A stretch of 32,000 bases of DNA from Candidatus Saccharimonadota bacterium (GTDB lineage: Bacteria > Patescibacteriota > Gracilibacteria > BD1-5 > UBA2023): the NCBI GenBank assembly GCA_042852035.1, contig BAAFHK010000001.1:480001-512000 (forward strand). Reading direction: 5' to 3'. The notes beneath the pieces are model-generated. The model was not told the origin of the DNA. It ran no database searches and saw only the letters and a program-made list of their open reading frames with translations. Shown here in pieces: positions 11,215 to 22,050 of this stretch (positions are counted from its first letter, which is position 1; every line of letters starts with the position of its first letter). The position numbers were made by a program, and so were the translations under genes.

Positions 11215-12159
11215 TTATAAGAACTGATTAATAATAAAATCAATATCTTGGGTTTGTATTATTTCGGTTTCGGGTTTATCAAAATCTATAAATATGTGTC
11301 CTACTGAAGTCTTCACTGCATTTTGTTGTAAAGAATTCACTCATGAGGAATAGCTTGAACTATAATATCGTGTATCCACATCGGATCGATTCTCTTCAGA
11401 ATCTGAAGTCCTAATCTTCTCTGAAATAATATTCAAACGAGTCTTTCATCATTTTATAGTCTGAAAAAGTTTTTCAGAAAATGAAGTCTGAAGTCAATGG
11501 TGAGGCGCTAAGAGGTAGTCGACTCAGTCATTCATAAGAAGACTTTTAAATTCAGGCTTATTATCAATTAAGTATTCCATTCAGGATTTGAGTATGTCTC
11601 AAGGTATAAGTACAGTTTTATCTCAAACTTTAAAAAATAAAACCAAGCTTATATTATTAGCGTATCAGGAACTGATGGTAATATCAGATTCACATATTCA
11701 TGGTGGAATATAAAAAAGTGAGATATGTGGGATATCGGAAACTAAAGGTGCGTCTTGAGTGAACGGAATTCTCGTATTGCGCATATCACTTAAAATTATA
11801 TTTTTAAGATCCGTTTCTACTCAAAGTAAGTCTTTATTTACAATATGATGATCATTTTGATCGGGATGATCATTGGGGCATGTCATATAAACTCAGTGAA
11901 AATTTTCTCTGAATTTTAGATAATCACAAACATGATCTTTATCAAGATGACTTAAAAATAGTTGATTGATTAGAAACTTTCACTTATCATGACTTGTTGA
12001 TCAAACAAGAAATTTTGATTTACTTGCCAAGGGCTTGAGAAAGTTATCTACAGGAGAGAATTCGGCGTTCGCTCATAGATCAATTAAAGCTGTTCTTCCA
12101 TCAAATTCACAGTATGCAGAATGAGCTCATCATACATTAAAAATTACCAGTTTTCTCAT
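11215..12159 (-). CDS. Metallo-beta-lactamase-fold hydrolase (ComEC-type MBL-like), 314 aa
   Basis: ATG 12159 to TAA (complement of 11215-11217). It is invisible in the standard-code track because of many TGA codons. Motifs: VIFNVGGAHSAY...LIDLGAN, FLSHLDKDHVCD (HxHxDH-like), VLIPGDIL, LLAPHHGLQ (Gly from TGA). Confidence 0.8.
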
Positions 12160-12165
12160 AAAAAA

Positions 12166-12822
12166 TTAATCGTTAAAGGAAGTTAAAACAGTATTGAACA
12201 CTAAACTCTTAGCACAACCTCTCGATCTCCATAAGAATATTAGAGATAATAGTCCAAGTAAGATGGATAGAGTAGAATGACAAGCTAATATAGCAATCAC
12301 AGAAAGCAAAAAGAATGCAGTCATCATTACTCGGACAAATAGGTAACCTCTATTTACAGTCTTTATTTCATCACTTCCTCTAACTTGCGAATATAATTGC
12401 CAGAAGTAGTGTTGAGATAAGCTGATTCATGATTGAAATTGTTTACGTTTTTTTAGAAATGGAATATCTTTGTATGATTTATCGATTTCCTGTAGCTCAT
12501 TTGGGGGGATGTTGAGTTTCTCGATAATTACTCATCTCTTTTTATCTGATATAATTGGATTTCATTTATAAAGAAAAATTTCGGAAGGTCTTAGAAATTT
12601 GAAAAAGATATCAACAATACCCTCAATTTCATGAGCTATTGTTTGAAGAATCTCTCATGTAATGAATGCTACACAAAAGAATACAAAAGTATAAAAGAAG
12701 TCCAGTTTCTCATCCAGTTCGAAAGAAATTATATCTCAAAATAAAAATAGCAGAATTCATAAAAAAAATCCTCAAGGCATGATCTTTATCATAAGTTCAT
12801 CAATAGAAAATTTATCTAACAT
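12166..12822 (-). CDS. Hypothetical membrane protein, 218 aa
   Basis: ATG 12822 to TAA (complement of 12166-12168), starting 2 nt after the upstream stop. N-terminal hydrophobic segments: GFFLGILLFLFG, FFYTFVFFCVAFITG. C-terminal hydrophobic segments: VMMTAFFLLSVIAILA, LSILLGLLSLIFLW. A soluble middle region. No family recognised. Confidence 0.6.
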
Positions 12823-12824
12823 AT

Positions 12825-13634
12825 CTAAAATAGGTTATTAAAGCTCTTGTCCTGAAATTTTATTCTTGCGGTTTCTTTTGCTCAAAAATCAAATTGAGGG
12901 TTGTACTTCTTATTTCCAAGCATTAATGGTTCTCACTCAATTTGTAAAAATTCACACATTTCTTCGACAAATCTTTCTTTTGCCTTTCGAAACTTACTTG
13001 AGGCTTGTTCGTTATCCTCCCAACTAAACTTCCTTCCACCACATATTAGAAGAAGTATTTCTCAGGATTGAGAAATAGTTTTTGTAACAAAGTCCACAAG
13101 TCACATATCAGAAATTGTCAGAAATTTTATTTGCTTTCAGCTCAAAAAAATTTCAATTCTAGAATTCTCAGGATTTTTTTCGTCATATTCTACGAGATAG
13201 AATTTTATATTTTCCCAATTTGTTCATTCTGGAAGGGGTAGTGCTAGTTTTGCAAATCCTCTCTTATGATCAAGATGATTCTCAATTTCTTGCGTATGAA
13301 AAGCCATACTTGCCTCAATAAGCTTCTCTTTCTCTTCAGAACTATGATTAGGATATTTTTCTGTAACAAATTGTGAGGCTTGAGCCCTAAGATTACTAAT
13401 GGTAGTCATTCCATTTCCTTGATAATCCTCTCATACCCTCAATGAAGTCGTCTCGACTTTAGGTAAGGATATAGTTGGGATTTGAGAAGGTATCGATGTA
13501 TGGGTGGGCACAGGAGAATGTCATACAAATCTCTCTCATGATGGAATCGATGGAGTTCGAGAAAATCACCCACCAAAAGAGCTTTGTCATCCTCATGAAG
13601 TATTGAAAAATGCTTGTCGAAAAATGCTAGTCAT
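12825..13634 (-). CDS. Hypothetical protein, 269 aa, N-terminal extent uncertain
   Basis: Open from ATG 13634 to TAG (complement of 12825-12827), in frame with track ORF 13224..13409. The N-terminal 75 aa are Gly/Ser/Pro-rich low complexity. An alternative start is the ATG at 13409. No family recognised. Confidence 0.5.
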
Positions 13635-13644
13635 AGTTTAAAAG

Positions 13645-13869
13645 TTATCCTCTTGGTGGAAATGGATCTTTCCCATAAGAATTAGAGTTACTGATCTTAC
13701 CATCTCGGTTTTGGATCTTAAGTTCGGCTCATTTATTCTGAGCAATCTCCCGAGCTCGACTCATGGCTTCTGCTTTTGTATCTGTGTGAGCGGAATCACG
13801 TTTTGCTCAAGGCGAATGAATTTTCCATCCTTCTTCGCCATTTGGGGAAACCCATACTTGATTTGTCAT
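13645..13869 (-). CDS. DUF2188-like small protein, 74 aa
   Basis: ATG 13869 to TAA (complement of 13645-13647). MTNQVWVSPNGEEGWKIHSPGAKRDSAHTDTKAEAMSRAREIAQNKGAELKIQNRDGKI matches the DUF2188 pattern as I remember it. Confidence 0.65.
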
Positions 13870-13881
13870 AGTGTGTAAAAA

Positions 13882-14490
13882 TTAGAAAGTATTACTTGGA
13901 AACGAGCGAACGAAAATTCATTGGATTCTAAAATCTTCGTGAAGAATTATTGGTTTATGTTTTTCATTGGTAGAACTTGGATTGAGAGAAATATAATCAG
14001 TATCATAGTGAATTCGTTTAATAGTTGCTTCATCATCGATAAGTGCTACAACTATTTGTCATTCTGTTGCCGAATCGGCTGAACGTACCAAAATAAGATC
14101 ACCATCATTGATTCCTTCATTATTCATAGAATCTCCTTTTGCTCTCAGGAAGAAATATTTATTCGTTCCATATGCAATTCTGGTTGATACAGGTATCTGT
14201 GCTTCTATGTTTTCTTCTGCAAGAATAGGAAGTCAGCAAGCAATCATTCATACTAACGGTACATTTATGGTATTTTCATTCTGATGGTCTTCCACTACTC
14301 AAAGAGATATCTTCCCATCATGTCTTACGAGATATCCTTTCTCTACCAAGCTATCTACAATAAGCTGTACTGAACGAGTAGAGGCATATCATAAATCTGC
14401 CTGGAGCGAACGAACAGATGGCACTGATCAGTTCTCCCGATAATACAAGCGAATTATTCCTAATGCTTCTTTTTCTTTTGGCTTTAGCAT
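13882..14490 (-). CDS. lexA: LexA-type repressor (winged-helix DNA-binding domain + S24 peptidase), 202 aa
   Basis: ATG 14490 to TAA (complement of 13882-13884). N-terminal region: EALGIIRLYYRENGSVPSVRSLQADLGYASTRSVQLIVDSLVEKGYL. Cleavage region VPLVGMIACGLPIL, with the scissile Gly encoded by TGA at complement 14233-14235. Catalytic Ser in KGDSM and Lys in ATIKRI. Confidence 0.85.
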
Positions 14491-14545
14491 AAAAGTAAAC
14501 AGATTACACAATAATAATACGGGTATTTTAGAAAATGCAAATAAA

Positions 14546-14568
14546 ATAACACCTAATTTTGGTATTAT
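14546..14568 (-). terminator. Weak AT-rich hairpin after the Res-like gene
   Basis: ATAACACC (14546-14553), loop TAATTTT, GGTATTAT (14561-14568), one mismatch. On the - strand it is followed by a T-rich run. It starts 8 nt past the stop at 14576. Confidence 0.35.
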
Positions 14569-14575
14569 CGATGAT

Positions 14576-17500
14576 CTAGTTATCGAATATCATCCCCATC
14601 ATTCGTCCGATATAGTCTCCATGCTGAAATATCACATGACGTTTTTCAAAGTCATCCTCTGATTCCTGTCATTTCCAGTGCTGAATAGCCTCGCGTGCTG
14701 TTACTGATATGATATAAGCGTCGAGTATGACATTCGGATCTTGGACTGGGAGTTTTTTTAGCGTCTCATGGAGACGAAGCTTCGGATTATCGAAACCATC
14801 TTCCATATTGAAGAGTCATTTTGGATCTACAAATACGATATATTGTTTCTCACCATCGATTATCCAGATTATAAAATCAGGGTAAAAATTCTGAGCCTCG
14901 AAGAATCAAACTCATTTTTTACTGAGATTTCGGAGAAGATAGAACTCTTTTCCAGCAAGGGATTCGGTATTTCTCTCATAGTAGTTCTGCATCTCGAAGA
15001 CGAATTTTCTCTCTCATTCATTGAGTGGAACAGGGGAGATCACGGCGAGTTCAGCAGGGAAGTTTTTTCCGAGGGCAAGAAGAGGACTATAGAGATGTCG
15101 ATCGAAGTGAAGTGATGTAAATCATTGAGATAACTCATGATTCTGAAATATTCCATTTTTGATCTGTCACTCGAGCTCTCGTACAGCTTGGATAATGTCA
15201 GTCTCTTCAGAAGAGACTTTCACTTCATACGAAGTGAGGAGATTGGGATGATCTTCAGGGAGAAATGAGAACTCCATCTTGTTACGATAGTAGTGTCACT
15301 TCTTCTGATTATAGAGAGCATCAAAGTAATTCTTGATCAGAGCAATCGATACATCGTTCCATGCTTTTACATTTTCATATCTTGTCTCGAGTGATACTCA
15401 CGGGATATAAAGGGTATACCATTTTGGATTCATGAAGAGTTTCTCGAGATTCTCCTTCGATATAGATACGATATTCCATGATCTATCTGCTTTGTGGCGC
15501 TCCAGCTCGAAATACATCTTTTCCCAATCGATAAATGCGAGATGTTTTTCTTCTAATATGTGCGTTTCCCTGAAATCTACACTATTAGTACTTCATCCTG
15601 TGCTTTCGATGGCTTGTACTTTTGCATACCAGTCTACTGTTACCTTAATAGTATCTTCGAAATCGAGTTCTATTTTTTCACCAGACTTCTTGAAATCAGC
15701 TCCATCTTGAATCTTGAGATATTTGAGCTTTCCGATTTCTTCTTTTTTGAAGTTATTCTTGATTGGTATGGTGATCTCGTACATATCTTCCATAGGCATA
15801 CCTTCTTCTTCGAGATATTCTCGGAATTGTTGCATATAGTCTGATCGAACTCAAAACACACATAGTGTCTCGAGAAGACTAATCTCATCTCCTCAGAGAG
15901 ATTTTTCGATGATTCCTTCACGTTTGAGATACTTGCTTCGTCTGAGCGTATGATTGTATCACTTGAGGCGTACTCATCGACCGAAGAGCTGAATAATCTC
16001 AGATCATTCACTTCTACCAATATTCATAAGTCACATCGTCGATACTCTCCAGCTCGACCATCCTTCAGTGAATTTCTTCGAACCGATGAGGATATTCACG
16101 GCGCTTCATTTTTCATTGATCTTATGGAAGAGTGACTCAGAGAAGTCCCTCACTCCAGTGATCAGTCATACAGATTCACAGAGCTTCACGAGTTCGGCAT
16201 CATCTCAGACATTGATCACGCCAAAATAATCACCATTACCAGCCTTGAGTCATATCTCTCCATCCTGTCACTTCAAGTTCTCTATATGAAGATGGGATCA
16301 TGGAGTATTACAGTTGAATATTTTCTCGAGAAAATCAGAATAGAGTCTATCGATATCATATTCACCATTTCATCGAGAGAATGATTCCTTTATAGCACGG
16401 AAATGATTACGGAAAAGTGGTCAATTCTTCCCAATAATACCATCCTGTCAGGTGAGGATATTCTTGATTGCTCATTTTGCTTTCTTTTTTTCTCCGAGAA
16501 TACTCTGGAAGAACTGCAATATCTGTATCACATCGGATACTTTAGCTTTATTCTCGGTTCGCACTGCATTTACCGTTCCTCAGACGAATATGGAGAGAGG
16601 TTTTTCTATCTGGAATTGTTTCGCGACGGTTTTCTCTTTCTCATAGATGAACATCTGCTCATAGAATGTCATCATCGATCCGATGAGATATCCATACGTC
16701 ATATTCTCATCGTCAGTATCAGATATATTGAGGATTCGGTAATCCTTACCATATCCATCCTCGTAGAAATATTTATACGAATAGTCTATAAGTACGGATT
16801 TTGAGTATTCACTGAGAAGTTCAGTTCGTTTCTTTCCGCTCGATGCATGGATAGCCTGTCCGAATGTGGCACTATACTCAAAAGAGAATCCATTTCTCGA
16901 TAGTGTTGCTCGTTTCTTTTTCCATTCTTCACCACTTGCTCCACGATGTCATTCATCGACGAGTACGAGATTATTCCCTTCGAATGACTCTATCGCGACG
17001 GTCTTATCTCCAGCCTTATCTTCGAGCTTATGGATATCGATGATATCGATAAATCCCTTACGACTCGTAGAAGATGCTCTCTTATCGAAGAGTTCTCACC
17101 AAAATCATGAATCCTTGAGTTCTTTTTCATGCTGGCGAGAGAGTCACTCATTTGGAGTGAGTATGATTATTCTATTGAGTGAATCATGCTTTTCATACTC
17201 TTCTAAATAGTGTTGATATTGGAGTATATTCATGTGCATGATGAATGTCTTACCACTTCCAGTTGCGCTCCAGAAAGCCACCTTCGAGAGTTCTTCTAGG
17301 GTAAATAGTTGAATATCCTTAAAGGCACCACCTTCTTCATCTTGGAGCTTGGTGAGATAGGTGTTCAAGTCATTTAAGAGCTTATCCTTGTTCGCGAAGT
17401 ATCGATCAAGATATATCTCAGTAAAAAGGAGAGAAAGATATTGGAAATATTTCCATCGTAGTTTTTCATGGCGCTTGCTCGATATAGTCTCTGTATGACG

Positions 17501-17749
17501 AAAAATATTCTCATCATATTTTCTGAGAAGAATTTCTGGTATCTCATCACTCTGGTAAAATCTATCGATCAGAGTACTGAGATATCGAGAATTTCACTTT
17601 TCATTCCATCATTCGAGCTTGCTATCCTTGAGATCCTTGGTCAGTGAGGCGAAGTCATTGAGCCCAAAGAGGGAAAGGAGCCATCTATGAAGTATGAGAC
17701 CATCTTTGAGTTTTATTGGTGCTGATTTTGTGGTTTTCTGTGGTGGCAT
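14576..17749 (-). CDS. Res-like SF2 (DExH) helicase with a C-terminal PD-(D/E)xK-type nuclease motif, 1057 aa
   Basis: ATG 17749 to TAG (complement of 14576-14578), in frame with track ORFs 17144..17368 and 15593..15835. About 30 in-frame TGA by hand count. Motif I: FWSATGSGKTF. Motif II: LVLVDEGHRG (Gly from TGA). Late helicase motifs: [42 protein letters not shown]. C-terminus: FYPDFIIWIIDGEKQYIVFVDPKG. Confidence 0.88.
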
Positions 17750-17761
17750 ATAAATTTTTTA

Positions 17762-19126
17762 CTAAATGATTCTTATTCAGAAAGCTTTCCTTTTTGATTT
17801 ATCTCATTCTGATTCTTTAATGAAGAAGTATACTTTTGTTCATATCTTTATCAGATTAATCAAATTATTATCAGAGTCTCTATTTAAAATAAAATATACT
17901 GATGATTTATCTTGCATTCAGATGAATCAGTTTATTCATCTCTCATTATTGTTCATTATTTTTACAACTTCTCCTTCGAATCGTTCACTTCTATTTTTAG
18001 GTATATCCTGTTGTTTGTTTAGAGATTTCCAGTACTTTATCAAGTCATGCTTTATTACATCAAAACTTTCATCTTTTACTTCACTTCATTTTATTTTTCA
18101 TGATAAATTTTGTGGAATTTTCCACCCTTCACGTTTTCTTATGAGAGAAGACAGTATATAATGTTTTTCTGCAATTTCATCTTCTTTTTCATTAATTAGT
18201 AAATCTCCAAGTAGGATCATTACTCAAACTTTAAATTCCAAATCTCCATAATTATTCATTGCACGAATAGCATATTCAAATGCCTGTTTAGTATCTCACG
18301 TTAAGACATATATTTCTGCTAATTCTTTTTCAATAAACCAATCTTTCTTTTTTTCATAAATTTTTAGAAGTTTTTCAAGTGCAAGTTCAGTATTTCAGAG
18401 GTGTTGATTTGACAGTGCGATTCTCCGAGAAAACCAGATATCATTTCAGTTATGGAATTTCTTGATTATATCCAATGCAAGTGTGGATAACTCGGAACAT
18501 TCCTCATATTTTCCAGATTCTAGAAGCGCCTTAGTATAATATCAAAACCATTTTTCTTGATCTGATGCTAATTCAACTTCCTTCTGTTTCCCTTTGATGG
18601 TTGCCTCAATCATTTCATTTCTCGTAGAGAGATTCTCATATGGTATTTGCTTACATATCTCACAGATTTGTTTCCAATGTCACTTTTCATCATGGTTATC
18701 CAGTATTGATTTAAATACCTGGCTAAACGCTGATTGAGAAAAGTCATCTTTAATATTGCTTATATTTTTTAAGAAAAGAGTAATATTATTATCACTTATC
18801 AGATTTGAATCACCGATGTCTGATTTATTTTTAATAGATGCTTTGAGTTCATCGAAAAGTATCCATCCGTAACTTGTGAGGATTCTACTTGATAGCTTCT
18901 CATAAATATTTATAGAGAATTCGTCAAAGAATGAATGGGTAAAACGATGGTTCTTTGTTTTTCTAAGTGCAGTTAGTATGTTCGCAATCATATACTCATC
19001 TTTTCTTATCTCATCTGCGAAATCCGATTTATGAGACTTGAAATATGAAAGTACCTCATCAAAATTTTTATCTTTGATAAGTGATCAAATATGCGAACTA
19101 AAACTATAGTATGTATCCATAATCAT
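17762..19126 (-). CDS. Hypothetical protein: helical-repeat (TPR-like) body + C-terminal OB/cold-shock-like domain, 454 aa
   Basis: ATG 19126 to TAG (complement of 17762-17764), in frame with track ORF 18680..18991. It starts 5 nt after the NERD-helicase stop and ends 12 nt before the Res-like start. Repetitive helical region: YYTKALLESGKYEECSELSTLALD, ELALEKLLKIYEKKKDWFIEKELAEIY. C-terminus: RFEGEVVKIMNNNERGINGFIGMQDKSSVYFIL...IGTKVYFFIKE. The domain calls are my inference. Confidence 0.6.
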
Positions 19127-19131
19127 GAAAG

Positions 19132-22020
19132 TTATCCTAAAATATTCAAGACTTCTTGAAACTTATTCCATATTGCAATATCAGAATAATATAAAGCTTT
19201 TATACTTATAATTTGATTCTTTCCATTATATCGACACTCAATATCCAATTCTTGCTCATCTTGATATAACTTAATGAAATCTTGGTAATTATTCTGACCG
19301 ATTTGAACGATACGGAAATTATGATCGGAAGCAGTCTCCCATTTTTGATATATTGTTCGTTTCCAAATATCTTCCACATCATCGAAGTTATATTTTATAT
19401 TTCATAAAACTTTATTAAGTTCATCAAATAGCCATTTTTCTCAATTTTTGAGGATAGGAAGTTTGAACTTTCATTTTTTATCAAATCCAAATGCTAATGT
19501 GGCAAGTTGTGTTCATTTCATGAATTGGATATGAAGCTCCCATCATATGACTTCAGTTGACTTCAGTGAATAATTTGAATCTAGATGTTTCCGAATAAAT
19601 ACTATAAATTCTTCTATCTGATCTTCTTTTCTTATATCGTCCCCTCATTTTACTTGCATGATATATCTTTTTACTCGCTTATCTGCACTAGCAGCATCTT
19701 CTATGAGTAACTCATCTAATGGAGATATCGGTGAGTAGTTTATGAGATAAAGATTTTTTATTGTACGAGATATACCAGTATAGAGCCACTTAAAGTATTC
19801 AATATTATTCTTTCATAGTTCATACTTCAGATCAAATATAACTGTTTCCCAATGAAATGAAAACGTTTTATGCACGGTCATTGCCCATCAATATTGTAGT
19901 CGAAGAGTATTTTTATATTTCCCAAACTTAGAACTTGGATCTTTTCTGAGTTTATACTGGATACTTAACTTGAATTCCTTTTTCACATCTTTCTCAAGTC
20001 TCTTTTTTTCTTTTTCCTTTGTTTCTATTTTTCATTTTACCTTTTCTCATTGCTCTTTTTGTAAAGATAACTCGTCTATTTCATGAACTACGTTAATATA
20101 ATTCTCATCTTTTAATAATTTTTGGTATTCTTCAGATTCCTCGAATTTTCATCCTTCTTCTTTTATGAGTCAATTAAGAAAGATATGATAAGCCTGTTCC
20201 TCATCTTTTGATATATCACCTTTCTCACTGAGAAGACTATTCTCAAGTATTTTTACATTTACACTACTATTTGCTCTTTCTCACTTAAAGCTTACATCTC
20301 TAAAATAGAGTTTGGTTTTTCTGCCACTCTTTGTTTCTATAAGGAATTCCTCTCTTGGTTTAATATCTGTTATAGTTCACATCATTCATTTATCGATTTT
20401 ATATACAGAAGCAAATAAATCATTGCTTGTAGTCTTCATTTGATTCATCGTAACTACTCTATCATTGATATTGATAGAATCTCACGAGTGAAAAATATTT
20501 TTCTTTATCCACTTATTTTTTAATACAACATCTTGGTTTCAATATGCTAATATTACCGTATCATAATTTTCTACTGACATTCTTTCCTTGAGTAAATCTA
20601 TGGTAAAATTTTTGTCATCATTTTTCAGATGATGTATTGTATTTACTACCTCTGGAATCTCCATTTCTGAATATACATCTCAGACGATTTTTTCTTTTAG
20701 ATATGACGTAACATTACTAATAGCTGTTTTACTTTTCTGGATTCTTAGTTCTCTCATTGTTGGGATAAAGCCATAAGAATCATGAATATATTTTCAATTA
20801 AGTGCAGATTTTTCATCTTGAATAAGATAAGGATCTCAAATAAAAATTACCTTAAAGGCAGGTTTTTGCTTTATAAAGTCAACGAAGTCATGAAGAAGTC
20901 TTCCAGTTCAAAATCGAACATCATCAGACTCAAATAAAACATCACTTATAAGATGCGCTTCATCTATAATATATACACACTTATCAGCGTTATCATTCGT
21001 ACCTACTCAAATCAATTCTTTATCTATTGATACATCTTCTTGATCTCATTCATTATTTGTATCGCTAGTTTTTTCATGGAGTCATCAAGAGTATATATAC
21101 GAATAGAGACTATTCACTTTATATCAGCTTGCTTGATTGGTAAGACTATGAGCAACTCTTTGTGAAAATGCAAGAACATCAACCTGCTCATATCAAAATC
21201 TGTAGCTTTCATCTATGATATCCGAGATCAAGAAGCTTTTTCAGGTTCATGTCATTCAGGAAAGGATAAATATGTGAGATTCTGATTTGAGAAACTCACC
21301 AATATCTGATAACACTATCTTTTGATCATCAGTCAACTGCATATTGCTTTTCTCTGTAGAATTTTTTTCATTTGATGGTGTTCATACTCAGTATTCTTCC
21401 TTTGATTCATATGCATCAGCCATAAAATATAGCTTGAATGCATCAAATCCATCTTTTGATAGACATACAGATTCATCCTTTATGGATATAAAATCATTTA
21501 TTTTTTCTAGATAATTTGATTTATCTACAATCCCAAAGAAGTTTGTTTGATTCCCAGGTATATGTCAAACGAGTTCTATGATTTCTTGAAAGCAAACAAT
21601 TCGACGAACTCTATGTGGATCAAATATGTTTGGAAGAGTAATATGTTTTGATATGTGATCTCTATACAGTCATGTGAGCTTCCTTTTTTGATGGAAAAGC
21701 TGATCAAAAGGACTTAGTCTCGCTCCTCATTTAATATAATCTCATGTTTTTTCGCTTATCCATGCCCCTGTTTGGAAGTCAGATTCTTCTGGTAGCATGA
21801 CTTTTCCGCTATAGTTTTTGAAGTCTATAATACAAACAACATGCTCTGTTATAAGTAGAGCATCGATTTGTAGCAATGGTGCTTCATCTACTTCCGAAAA
21901 TCATATGAGTAAGCCATCTTTATTATGTTTTTCAAAAAGCTTTGCGAGATTATATGAAAACTCCCTAAAGAATGAGTTCTCATATCACCTTGAGGCTGTT
22001 CATTTTCTGATTTCAAGCAT
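19132..22020 (-). CDS. NERD nuclease-related domain fused to an SF1 (RecD/UvrD-like) helicase, 962 aa
   Basis: ATG 22020 to TAA (complement of 19132-19134). I checked it line by line as one open frame. NERD region: QIDALLITEHVVCIIDFKNYSGKV...SPFDQLFHQKRKL. Walker A: ILSGMTGTGKSF, with all three Gly encoded by TGA (complement 21256-21258, 21247-21249, 21241-21243). Walker B: CVYIIDEAHLISD. Also VIFIGDPYLIQD, and the C-terminal helicase motif GWAMTVHKTFSFHWETVIF...LYTGISRTIKNLYLI. An extra roughly 150-aa tail is unassigned. Confidence 0.85.
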
Positions 22021-22050
22021 TTGATGAAGTGGTTACAAAGTAATTTTCAA

